Below the pieces are notes generated by a model. The model was given only the letters and a program-made list of their open reading frames with translations. It did not search any database and was not told the DNA's origin. From Octopus vulgaris (Eukaryota), in the NCBI GenBank assembly GCA_951406725.2, contig OX597819.1, forward strand, positions 129,890,001 to 129,954,000: a stretch of DNA of 64,000 bases, given 5' to 3'. How positions within the stretch are numbered: the stretch's first letter is position 1; every line of letters starts with the position of its first letter. Below, piece after piece: positions 41,650 through 54,345 of the stretch. The position numbers were made by a program, and so were the translations under genes.

Positions 41650-42216
41650 TAACAGCAGAACTCGAAGCAATTCAGAGAAGCTACACAAAGAAAATCGTCT
41701 CAATGCAAAATATCAGCTACTGGGAAAGACTTAAGGTATTAAACCTCTTCTTCCTAGAGCGAAGGTGGGAGAGATATGAGGTGATATACATCTGGAAAAT
41801 CCTGGAGGGTCTTGTCCCAAACTTTGGCATTCAAAGTTACCCCAACCGCAGAATGGGGCGCCACTGCATGGTGCCAAGGATTCCAACATCACCATCAAAA
41901 TACAGGTCCAGATACTGCAACAGCTTGGGTTTTAGAGGACCACAGCTCTTTAACATCCTCCCTAACTGCCTGAGAGGCTTACATGGTGTGGATGTGGGTT
42001 TCTTTAAAACTAAACTGGATCTCTTCTTGTCGTGTGTCCCAGATGAACCTACCTCACAACAGGAGACACAGATGCGGGCAGCAGCATCGAACTCCCTTGT
42101 TGATCAAGTGCCACGTATCAGAGGTTGATTCACAAATTAGTGTAGCTCATTCAGCGGTGGTGCCCCAGCATGGCCGCGGCCTTCGGGCTAAAACATTTTA
42201 AGGATTTAAGGATTTA
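41648..42216 (+). mobile_element. 5'-truncated CR1-group LINE (ORF2 C-terminus to the stop at 42128, 3' UTR, TTTAAGGA tail)
   Basis: [11 protein letters not shown]...[17 protein letters not shown]...PQLFNILP...FKTKLDLFL is typical post-RT sequence. Flanked by (TA)n. Confidence 0.9.
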
Positions 42217-42334
42217 TATATATATATGTATACATATATGTTTACATATATATGTACATGTATATATATATATGTATGTATATATACATGTATATATGTA
42301 CAAATATACAAGTATATTTATATGCATGCATGTA

Positions 42335-42385
<51 letters not shown>

Positions 42386-42429
42386 TATATATTTATGTAT
42401 ATATGTATATATGTATATATATTTAAATA

Positions 42430-42874
42430 ATACGGCTAAAATATTGATATTCATGAGATTAATGTCAATTTAAACCAGTGACGTAGCATATTGAAAAGAA
42501 TCTGAAGATTCAGAAAATTATATTACATGCATATAAGAGGAATGACCACTAAGTGGTCTCCTAATATGCTAAATGTAGACCCCCATATTGTCTGACCAGA
42601 ATGAAAAAATTGTTCTCAAGAAAATTCGGGAAAACGCCAGAACGTAAAGCGAGCAAGACAAATGAAAAGATACAAAACATAACGATTAGTCACATTCCAT
42701 GGTTTCATTGTTACCATTTACATTACGTAAATGTCTGCAAATCCTCAGTGTGACCGTCATAGAAAATATAATATGCCGAACTATGCACGAGACGTCCTCC
42801 AGAGAGAGAAGAAGCTTACGGGTCCATCAATGATATTTGTGGATATATTTCAAACGTCTTCGTTTTGGCTCGCC

Positions 42875-42876
<2 letters not shown>
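42430..42876 (-). mobile_element. (TA)n-flanked Penelope-like remnant with a hammerhead motif at 42689-42754
   Basis: GTCACA CTGAGGA ..hairpin.. GAAA CCATGG A A TGTGAC: 6-bp stem I and palindromic stem III, with U16.1 replaced by A. Confidence 0.62.
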
Positions 42877-42915
<39 letters not shown>

Positions 42916-42941
42916 CATATATGTATGTATATATATGTATA

Positions 42942-43006
<65 letters not shown>

Positions 43007-43031
43007 ATATATATGTATGTATATATATATG

Positions 43032-43118
<87 letters not shown>

Positions 43119-43121
<3 letters not shown>

Positions 43122-44126
43122 ACTTAGAATAACTTAGAAAGGTTTTGGCCATGTCTAACTTAATAGCACCACCTGGCGAAGTCTTTCAGTTCAGGATTTG
43201 GGCACCAAGGCCCATTCGAGCAGAGAGTTATTGTTTGCGGAGACATATCCGGGTGTGGGTGGTTTGTCCGGTACTGTTTGAAGGAATTTGTCCAAAGACT
43301 TCTTGAATTTTGTGTGGTCAGTTTCTTTTTTGACGTGTCCTGGTGTAATGTTGAAGAGAGCGGGTCCAATTGAGGTGAAATAGTTGTGCCGTATTGTCGT
43401 TATGTGATGCGATTTAGATTTTTGTTGTGGACGGATGGCACGTGGTCCAAGCCTTGGATGCATTTTGAAGGTGATTCCAACATCATTCGGACAGTGCTGA
43501 TGGAATATTTTCCACATCATACAGATAATGTAGCGTTCACAGCGTCGTTGGTGTGAATACAATTTCAGCTTCTCTAGTCTACCCCAGTAGTCAAGGTCTG
43601 ACATGCCATCTATCTTTTTTGTGATTGACCTTTGGGGAGCTTCAATTCTCATAATATTTTGTTTTGTGTAGGGAGACCACAGTGGACAGCAGTATTCAAG
43701 GTGGGGTCGGGCAAAAGTGGAGAAGAGAAGGATAATAGCGTGGGAATCTCTCGACTGGAAGGTTCTGAGAATCCAGGAACACATTCTGCGGGCCATGTCA
43801 ACTTTGCTGCTTATATGTGTAGCCCAGCTTATGTTGTTGTCCACTGTTACTCCCAGGTCTCTGATGTTGTTGGATGCCATGAGAATTTCTCCAGAAGGAA
43901 GAGAGTATGGGAGTTTCAGAGCGTCCTCCCTTCCAAAGTGGATCAGTTCGAATTTGTCTTCATTTAGCAACATGTTATTCTTTTCCGCCCATTGGACAAC
44001 AGCCAGTAGGTCTGACTGAAGGTTTATTCGGTCATCCACGGCATTGATGACCTTCTGGAGCTTGGAATCATCAGCGAAGGTTCTGATGTTACTGTGTTTG
44101 ATGGTGTCAGTAATATCATTTATATA
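43119..44126 (-). mobile_element. 5'-truncated CR1-group LINE: reverse transcriptase C-terminal half, 3' UTR and TTCTAAGTT tail
   Basis: Open frame YINDI...IRTFADDSKL...LQSDL...W...IRDLGV...RPHLEYCCPLWSP...IEAPQR, stop at 43191. Contains the FADD catalytic motif. Confidence 0.95.
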
Positions 44127-44299
44127 TAGATAAGGATAAGATCTACTTTTAAAATTATAACAGCAATTAAGGATAAGATCGTTAATTTAAAAATAAAATA
44201 ACGATTTTATGAAGTGGTCAGCATGGAAAAAATAACCTTCAAATGTAATAATTATTAAAATTATTAATTAGGGTATCTCGTGGATACCCTAATTTATAA

Positions 44300-44338
<39 letters not shown>

Positions 44339-44372
44339 TATTTATTTATTTATATGTATGTATGTATGTATG

Positions 44373-44423
<51 letters not shown>

Positions 44424-44671
44424 CTGAATGGTTATACATACATACACTCAGACACACACATACACACACACACATGTATGTATATTCGTACGTGTTAGAT
44501 AATAAAGCGTATGGTATACACCTTTTAGCTTATCGGTTGCGCACTTTCACTTTCACTCGTCTTCGTTGGGTATTCGATTAATGAGAGGTATGGAAGATAC
44601 GAAAATGTTTATTGATCACTACGATTGTTTCGACCCGTCTAGCATCGATCCCTGAACAAACGCATGTACGG

Positions 44672-44845
44672 TTCCAGGTAAATTTCTCCGCGGTAAATTC
44701 CACCAGGTAAATTGCCCCATGGATATATTCTATCACGGTGTATTCCACCATGGTAAATTCCACCCGCTAATAATCACCGTGATCAGTTTCTCTAGACCGT
44801 GGGTCAATACCTTTGTTATTCAATCTTTCTATCTCTCAAGTCTTA

Positions 44846-44879
<34 letters not shown>

Positions 44880-45429
44880 GAAAGTGTGTGTGTAGGTGTG
44901 TGAGAGAGAGAGAGTCTGAAGGTTAGATAGAAAATAATTTTTATAATCTACTTGAATTGAGATGGGATCGCTTTAATGTGCTTCCACTGAGCAAGAATCT
45001 ATGAAAAAGACTCATCACAAAATTTCAAAAATGATATAATTTGAGATAAAGAAAGAAAAGATTAAATTTTAGCACCCATTTTATTATGACAATAGGATAA
45101 AAAATAACAGCGAATACATTGTGAATCAGAGTTAAGATGAGAAAGTACAATTTATTAAAAAAAAAATTTCTTATGACAAATTGTGTGCAATACTCTTTTA
45201 CTCTTTTTCTCTTTTACTCTTTTACTTGTTTCAGTCATTTGACTGCGGCCATGCTGGAGCACCGCCTTTTTAATCGAGCAACTCGACCCCGGGACTTATT
45301 CTTTTGTAAGCCCAGTACTTATTCTATCGGTCTGTTTTGCCGAACCGCTAAGTAACGGGGACATAAACACACCAGCATCGGCTGTCAAGCAATGCTAGGG
45401 GAACAAACACAGACACACAAACACACACA

Positions 45430-45509
<80 letters not shown>

Positions 45510-46257
45510 CTTATATACCACGGGCTTCTTTTAGTTTCCGTCTACCAAATCCACTCACAAGGCTTTGGTCGGCCCGAGGCTATAGTAGAAGACACTTGCC
45601 CAAGGTGCCACGCAGTGGGACTGAACCCGGAACCATGTGGTTGGTAAACAAGCTACTTACCACACAGCTACTCCTGCGCCTCTCTCTCTCTCTTCCTAAG
45701 ACTTGAGAGATAGAAAGATTGAATAACAAAGGTATTGACCCACGGTCTAGAGAAACTGACCACGGTGATTATTAGCGGGTGGAATTTACCATGGTGGAAA
45801 ACACCGTGATAGAATATACCCATGCAATACTTCTTAAAAATTGCAGAGGGTTTCCATTTTGATATTCCTGAACTAGTTTCTTCAGTCGTGCATCAATAAT
45901 TTAATAGGTCTTTTTTGCTGTTGTTGAGTCTCCACGTCGAACGTGTGTAGTTTTTGTCTGGCTTAATCCTTCCACAGATTTAAGAGCAGTGCGTAGTTTC
46001 CACAAATTTGGATGTGTGGATGTTAGTGATGAGCGCAAAGCACTGTGGTGCCCTTCTAATAATTATTTGATAATGATGATGATAATTTCACCTATGGTGA
46101 AATTTACCATAGTGCGTGGAGGAATTTACCTCTGGTAAAATTTACCTGGTGGAATTTTTCGTAATGTAATTTTTCGTGGTGGAATTTTTCGTGGTGGAAT
46201 TTTTCGTGGTGAAATTTTTCGTGGTGGAATTTACCGCGGCGGAATTTACCGGTCACC
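44672..46257 (-). mobile_element. Non-autonomous MULE/Mutator-like derivative with a transposase C-terminal relic (about 45820-46060)
   Basis: Terminal inverted GGTAAATTCC repeat arrays. Minus frame reads LEGHHSALRSSLTSTHPNLWKL...KKTY*IIDARLKKLVQEY...FLRSIA, matching the MULE (TNN)xxEGWH..HPNIW pattern. Confidence 0.72.
45192..45680 (-). mobile_element. SINE family C nested in the MULE derivative
   Basis: Full reverse-complement consensus with an internal (TA)n tract. Confidence 0.93.
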
Positions 46258-46393
46258 CACGTCTTCACCGACGGATACTCCTAAACCAGCCGTTCAGTAT
46301 CCCACCCGTGAAGGATCGATGCTAGATGAGTCGAAACAATTGTAGTGGTCAATAAACATTCTCGTATCTTCCATCTTCCGACTCTCTCATTAA

Positions 46394-46436
<43 letters not shown>

Positions 46437-46745
46437 CGCGCATTTGTGTGTGTGTGTTTGGGTGTGTGTGTTTGTGTTGTGTGTGCGCGTGCGTGCGTGT
46501 GTGTTTCTGGTGTGTAAGTCCTAAATGGGCCGAAATGCACATGGCGCTCTCGCTGGTCGCTCTAGCGACGAATGTTCGTCTCCGTCACTCATATTTATTG
46601 TTCTTAACAGAGCAAGTCTATAACGGTTGTTACCTCGGGATAAATACTGCAGTAACTGGCCTGTGAACAGTATGTATACACGAAATATGATACATAGTGG
46701 GCTATTTTAATTCAATTCTCTCTCCTATTCTGGATATATACATAT

Positions 46746-47152
46746 ACTCTTTTACTCTTTTTCTTGTTTCAGTCATTTGACTGCGGCCATGCTGGAGCAC
46801 AGCCTTTAGTCGATCAAATCGACCCTGGGACTTATTCTTTGTAAGCCTAATACTTATTTTATCGGTCTATTTTTTGCCGAACCATTAAGTTACGGGGACG
46901 TAAACACACCAGCATCGGTTGTCAAGCGATGTTGGGGGGACAAACAGACACACAAACACGCACACATATACATATATATATATATATACGACGGGATTCT
47001 TTCAGTTTCCGTCTACCAAATCCACTCACAAGGCTTTGGTCGGCCCGAGGCTATAGTAGAATACACTTACCCAAGGTGCCACGAAGTGGGACTGAACCCG
47101 GGACCATGTGGTTCGTAAGCAAGCTACTCACCACACAGCCACTCCTACGCCT
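46746..47152 (-). mobile_element. SINE family C
   Basis: Full reverse-complement consensus. Confidence 0.92.
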
Positions 47153-47479
47153 GTAGTATGTATTTATTCATGTCCACAACTGTATGCTCTTTAATGACAG
47201 ATACAGGCCATTTCGCACAGAGAAACCCACACAGAGAAATAAACATCTGTCTTCTTAATGTTTAGCCTTGAAAATAAATATCCCCATCCAAAAAGTGCGA
47301 GTATGGAATGCCTTGGCGGTACATGTATACAGTGTGTGAACAGAAGTGTGTGACAGACTCCCATGTAGCATACAAACACGCAGACACACAGATTCACGGA
47401 CGCGGCGCATCATAATCACCAAGAGAGGTAATCAATCAAACATTAAATCCCATCTTAGTTCTGACCAATCGATGTACTT

Positions 47480-48360
47480 ACCTACTTACATACACATATG
47501 CATACACATATGCATGCATACATGCATGCATACATACATACATACATACATGCATGCATACGTACGTACGTACATACATACATACATACATACATACATG
47601 CAACATACGTACATACATACATACGTATATACATATATACATACATAATACATACGTACATGCATATATACATACACACATATTCACATACATACATACA
47701 TACATACATACATACATACATACATACATACATACATGCAACATACGTACATACATACATACGTATATACATATATACATACATAATACATACATGCATA
47801 CATATATACATACATGCATACGTAATACATACATACATATATACATACATACATACATACATACATACATACATACGTACATACATATATATATGCATAC
47901 GTACATAGATATATACATACATACATACGTAATACGTACATACATACATACATATACATACATATAAATACAAACGTATGTATATATTATCCATATACAT
48001 GTCTATATGTATGTGTATATGGATATTTTCATGTGTACCTGTTTGTAAATGCACGTATGTGTATTTTTGTTTACGTGTATGTACATATATTTGAATGCAT
48101 GTATATGTGTGTGTGTAGACACACACACACACACACACGTAATACCAGTATATATACGTACATACATATACACTCACTTATCCACATAAATGTACATATA
48201 TGCATATTTGTATCTGTGTATATATAGATGTGTGTGTGTGAATATGTATGTATGTATGTATGTATGTATGTTTGTATGTATGTATGTATGTATGTATGCA
48301 TGCATGTATGTATGTATGTATGTATGTATGTTTGTATGTATGTATGTATGTATGTATATG
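47480..48360. repeat. (TACA)n/(TATG)n degenerate microsatellites
   Basis: Read directly from the sequence. Confidence 0.93.
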
Positions 48361-49537
48361 AAACGAAAGTCGTTTGTTTTGCAGATTAGATGATGGGTTT
48401 AAAGAAGTCCCGATGTACATAATGCGTCTAATTAAAATCTCATTACTTCTGATTGGTAAATTCTTCATTTTGCCGGCTTTTCCAGTAGATCTTTAATCTA
48501 ACTTCATTTATATAACCAATTACTGAAATTAATTTGTTTATTAATTAGAAAACTTATTGATGCTTAAACTGTCAGCCGCTAACGATGTTGCTAATTGCTT
48601 GACACAATTAGAGTCGTTTCTAAGAATTTTCCCGAGATTTGCATTGTTGTGGTCCACCCACCTCGTAAGTTTGGCATCCAAATAAATAAATAGATAGATA
48701 TAAAAAGAAATAATGAGAAAATAAAATAAAATAAGCAACAATAGATGAGGAAAATTTACCCCACTGCAAGTTTCGCTTCTTTCCTCATCTGCTGTCACTT
48801 GCTGTTGTTGAGTTAGTTTTGATTGTGATAGCTTAGCCGAACTAAAGCCAGCGCTTATGTAACGGAGATCTTTGATCACAGCTTTCGACTCCCATCCGGG
48901 CCCTTTACGATCTATTTTTACTGGCGTGATATGACACGAACTACATTTTAAAATGGTGGATACAAGAGAGATGTTTTTTTTTCTTTATTGTTGATTAGCC
49001 GCAAGTCAACTCTCTACAGCGTGTAGGCAGGCCCATGATCAAAGGCGCTCCGGACGTAGTTAACCCACCTTTATTTCAGGTAGAATATAACCCAGAACCA
49101 CAACCATTTCTCAACGTTCCTTTGTCAGTTTTACAAATGTAGGGTAGCAGTGTTAGGGAAATTTGGCTACTATTGCTAACAGATCAATCAACCACATTGA
49201 AACAGCGAGCTACTTGGTTCGATTTTTTGTTGATTTTGTTTCGCCCAAAGTCAGTTATGCTGAAGCAGACCTCTGATCAAAAGCATTCTAGCCGTAAACA
49301 CGATCTTTTTCCAATTACGGAGGGATTTGCGATCACATAAGTCAATGTATCTTTTTCTAAGACGGCAGGGTAAGATTTGAAGGGCATTTGGCTTCTAATT
49401 CTAGCGGGTAGAGGAAACAGTCTCCCACTGATGGTGGTATTGATGGCAGCAGGCGTAGTGATGTTGTTGTTATCGATTATCTTCCTATCACTCCTGATGT
49501 AGCATTTATGATCAAATGATTTCTAACGGTGACTATC

Positions 49538-49755
49538 TGTTTCTTTACTACCCACAAGGGGTTAAACATAGAGAGGACAAACAAGGACAGACAAACGGAT
49601 TAAGTCGATTATATCGACCCCAGTGCGTAACTGGTACTTAATTTATCGACCCCGAAAGGATGAAAGGCCTCGGCGGAATTTGAACTCAGAACGTAACGGA
49701 AGACGAAATACGGCTGCGCATTTCGTCCGGCATGCTAACGGTTCTACCAGCTCGC
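49538..49755 (-). mobile_element. SINE B with an 11-bp TSD
   Basis: CGGTGACTATC at 49527-49537 and 49756-49766. Confidence 0.9.
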
Positions 49756-50260
49756 CGGTGACTATCGTTTATCTGATTTTTAAGCATAGTCCACAGAGGA
49801 GTACATTATCCAGTGTGTTTTTCTGGTCTCCGAATGAAGATAATTGATTAATTAAAAAAAACATGTAGTATTCTTCCCTCACTGATCTTTTCCCTTTATT
49901 TTTATGGTTTCATTCAGGGGTTCTTAGTCGATTAAGTTTACCTCAGTACTTAATTTGATACTTATTCTATCTCATACGATTCTAAATGGACGCTAACGTA
50001 ACAGCAGGTATTTCCTTTGGACATAGATAACACGGTGTATGACGAACAGACATATTCCGCATTATACTTGCCCGGCTGAATAATCTCCCCTTGCATAAAG
50101 GTTCACTTTGCATTTCCTATCTTAGACAAACAAGGTCATTCATAAGTACCAGATAAATTCTAGATAAAAGGCCAATAAGCGACTAAAGCTCTTGGAAACA
50201 GTACCACAATATTGTCGCATGCACACGAATGAAACCCTTGAAAGTAGAATAGAAAGCGAG

Positions 50261-50293
<33 letters not shown>

Positions 50294-50482
50294 CAGACAG
50301 AGAAAGAGAGAGACGGGAGAGGGTCGTGTGTGCATGATGAGCATTACATCAATGTTTAAAAGCAAATGACGAAGTTCAAAGTGAGAAATTATTTGATTGT
50401 AAGTCTATTAGATCAGGGCTGATACGACGATAAGCGATAATTAAGAAGCAAATAAATAAAATCACAGTCTCATTCACCTGCA

Positions 50483-50514
<32 letters not shown>

Positions 50515-50574
50515 AAATTCTTCCGTTAACTAAATTCCTCTTGCAGTGTATCCATGACGCAATAGTATTATACA

Positions 50575-50964
50575 GTGGAGGCGCAATGGCCCAGTGGTTA
50601 GGGCAGCGGACTCGCGGTCATAGGATCGCGGTTTCGATTCCCAGACCGGGCGTTGTGAGTGTTTATTGAGCGAAAACACCTAAAAGCTCCACGAGGCTCC
50701 GGCAGGGGATGGTGGTGATCCCTGCTGTACTCTTTCACCACAACTTTCTCTCACTCTTACTTCCTGTTTCTGTTGTACCTGTATTTCAAGGGGCCGGCCT
50801 TGTCACTCTCTGTGTCACGCTGAATATCCCCGAGAACTACGTTAAGGGTGCACGTGTCTATGGAGTGCTCAGCCACTTACACGTTAATTTCACGAGCAGG
50901 CTGTTCCGTTGATTCGGATCAACCGGAACCCTCATCGTCGTAACCGACGGAGTGCTTCCACCAC
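50575..50964 (+). mobile_element. SINE with family A head and body and an alternative tail; 11-bp TSD
   Basis: AGTATTATACA at 50564-50574 and 50965-50975. It diverges from family A after CTTCCTGTTTC. Confidence 0.9.
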
Positions 50965-50977
50965 AGTATTATACAAT

Positions 50978-51192
50978 AAGGTGGCGAACTGGCAGAATCA
51001 TTAGCAGCCAACCAAAATTCTTTGCAGCCGAACAAACTGCTTTATGTACTGAGTTCAAATTCCGCCGACGTCGACTTTGCCTTTCACCCATTTTAGGGTC
51101 GATGAAATGAGTACCAGTTCAGCACTGGCGTCGATGTAATTGACTTATACCCCTCTCCTGAACTTGCTGGTGTTGTGCAAAAAATCGAAACC
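50978..51192 (+). mobile_element. SINE B-variant
   Basis: GGTGGCGAACTGGCAGAATC..GAGTTCAAATTCC..TTGCTGGTGTTGTGCAAAAAATCGAAACC. Confidence 0.85.
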
Positions 51193-52649
51193 AGTTGTAC
51201 AAGTGGCATATAGTAAGATTGAAGCTGGAATCACGTGGTTGCGAACCAGAAGTCATAACCATATATAGACTTGACTGCGTCTCCGAAAATATATTTTTTA
51301 AAAAATAGTTTCAATTATTGGACTGTGGCATCACCATCTAGAGGTTCAGTTGATTATAACAATCCCGATATTTTGGTACTAATTTTAGCGAATTAAGAAT
51401 GAAAAATGGCCAAGTTCACGCCGGTGGGGTTTGCTCTCAGAATGCAAAGGGACATAACCCAAAGTATCTAATATGCCTCGCGTTTGGGGCAAGTAAATGA
51501 TTTCAAAATAGATTTATTTATTAACTTAGACAGAGGGTTATAAGTTTTGAATTGCGTGTGTAGGAGGAGGAGTATAGTAAATTAAATCGATGATGCTTAC
51601 TTAGGAGATGATGTGCGCTAGCATCTTTAATGTAGGCGTCAGATAATTTTGATCTATAGGTTTCAGGTTTCGACAGAGATCTAAGAAGTACGATCAACCT
51701 TTGATATTGCGACATGAGACCATACACATGGACTACCATCCTCGTTATCAATAGAAAACGACGATGACGACGACGACGACGGCGACGACGATGATGATGA
51801 TGATGATGAGGAGGAGGAGGAGGAGGAGGAAGGGGGAGGACCAGAGAGATTCTAATGTCAAGCGGCGAAGAGAAAGAGAAAAGATGAGGTTGTAATGCGC
51901 TTTTCAATGTTCGATTGAAACTATATTCTTTATAATAATTTCGGTTGCACGACATAAAATATACCTCAAACCATCGCAGACTCTCTGAGTTTCGTCAGAT
52001 TGATGCGGTCGATGTCGAGCTGGGGTCAGATGCAAATTGACCCATGTTAGGAAAATGAAGGAAAATTTAGAGATGGAACTGGAAGAAATTATAATAACGG
52101 TGCCTGGGAAGGAAACAGAATGGATGAGGATAGGAGGAAGGATGGCTGTGACAAATTTGTTTCGGTGGAAGTGACATTCAAATTGCAGGCTGTGGTAGCA
52201 TTGGAATGGTTGAAGCAGAGACAGCGTATCTTTGGGTTGACACGTTAAAATGAGTTGGTTTGTTCCTGCCAATCTGCTAGAAGACTTTCTTTTGCATGCG
52301 GTCTAGACTGTTGTGTATATCAGCAATGCTATATCTGTATTCTTTTGGATAGAAAGAAAATATTATGCACTTTTATAGGAGGCAGAAGGCTCTGCTCCAA
52401 AGTGAGTGCCAGTGCTTCATTGAAGATTTGTGAGAAAGAGAATATTTATTGAAAAATACTACGAAACTTACTACTTTTTCTCATTGATTTATGTTGTTGA
52501 AATTCGTACCTATAATTATTGGTATACCAATCCATTGGATGTGGTGCTGAAGAAGTAATTACTCCTGAGATATGCATATATACTCATTAACTATTACAAA
52601 GTAGGATGCAGTGTTGACTTAAAAACCTTTGATATACTAGGTTGTATAT

Positions 52650-52882
52650 ATTTCTTTATTGCCTTCAAGGGGCTAAACACAGAGAGGACAAACAAGGACA
52701 GACATAGGTATCAAGTCGATTATATCGACCCCCAGTGCGAAACTGTTACTTTATTTATCGATCCCGAAAGGATGAAAGGCAAAGTCGACCTCGGCGGAAT
52801 TTGAACTAAGAACGTAGCGACAGACGAAATACTGCAAAGCATTTCGCCTGGCGTGCTAACGTTTCTGCCTTCTCGCCGCCTT
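52650..52882 (-). mobile_element. SINE B with a 20-bp TSD
   Basis: TGATATACTAGGTTGTATAT at 52630-52649 and 52885-52904. Confidence 0.92.
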
Positions 52883-53307
52883 TCTGATATACTAGGTTGT
52901 ATATTAAGGTTGCATACTGAAATATGGTGTCACAAACAGAAATTAATATGTACGCATCAGATGCTAGGAATGTGTTTAATATGTAAAATTGGTCTACCCA
53001 ATTGTGCTACACCGCTAAGATTTGAGGCTATTTGAGCAATGTATTTGTGGATAATTAATGTATTGGATGTAGCGGCACTGAAGAAAGTGCAATAACCCCT
53101 GAAATATGCATATACACCTATTACATACTTTTTTTTTATCGTTGATTACATTGATTACATAGAATTATTCGTATACGAAACGTCGTAACTTTCAGGGCTG
53201 GTCATAATTATTACAACAATCTGTAGAGATACACTTAAAAAGAAACAATGACTACAACGCACTACTATCATGAAGTAGGACACAGTATATTACGGCTACG
53301 ATTAATC

Positions 53308-54345
53308 TGTATGTATGTATGTATGTATGTATGTATGTATGTATGTATGTATGTATGTATGTATGTATGTATGTATGTATGTATGTATGTATGTATGTAT
53401 GTATCTATGTATGTATGTATGTATGTATGTATGAATGTATGTATGTATGTATGTATGTATGTATGTATGTATGTATGTATGTATGTATGTATGTATCTAT
53501 GTATGTATGTATGTATGTATGTATGAATGTATGTATGTATGTATGTATGTATGTATGTATGTATGTATGTATGTATGTATGTATGTATGTATGTATGTAT
53601 GAATGTATGTATGTATGTATGTATGTACGTATGCATGTATGTATGTATGTATGTATGTACGTACGTACGTATGTATGTATGTATGTATGTATGTATGTAT
53701 GTACGTATGTATGTATGCATGTATGTATGTATGTATGTATGTATGTATGTATGTATGTATGTACGTATGCATGTATGTATGTATGTATGTATGTATGTAC
53801 GTATGTATGTATGTATGTATGTATGTATGTATGTATGTACGTATGTATGTATGTATGTATGTATGTATCTATGTATGCATGTATGTATGTATGCATGTAT
53901 GTATGTACGTACGTACGTATGTATGTATGTATGTATGTATGTATGTATGTATGTACGTATGTATGTATGTATGTATGTACGTATGTATGTATGTATGTAT
54001 GTATGTACGCATGTATGTATGTATGTATGTATGTATGTATGTATGTATGTATGTATGTATGTATGTATGTATGTATGTATGTACGTACGTATGTATGTAT
54101 GTATGTATGTATGTATGTATGTATGTATGTATGTATGTATGTACGTATGTATGTATGTATGTATGTATGTACGCATGTATGTATGTATGTATGTATGTAT
54201 GTATGTACGTATGCATGTATGTATGTATGTATGTACGTACGTACGTATGTACGTATGTATGTATGCATGTATGCATGTATGTATGTATGTATGTATGTAT
54301 GTATGTATGTATGTATGTATGTATGTATGTACGTATGTATGTATA
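53308..54345. repeat. (TATG)n microsatellite, about 1 kb
   Basis: Read directly from the sequence. Confidence 0.98.

Noticed and set aside
41445-44039. Host protein-coding genes (227-aa and 282-aa ORFs)
   Set aside because: Both are 5'-truncated LINE ORF2 ends; the N-terminus of the first is a (TA)n translation.
52535-53125. Degenerate direct repeat containing CTGAAGAA (about 52535-52595 and 53062-53125)
   Set aside because: There is no stem II or GAAA. It looks like an old local duplication.
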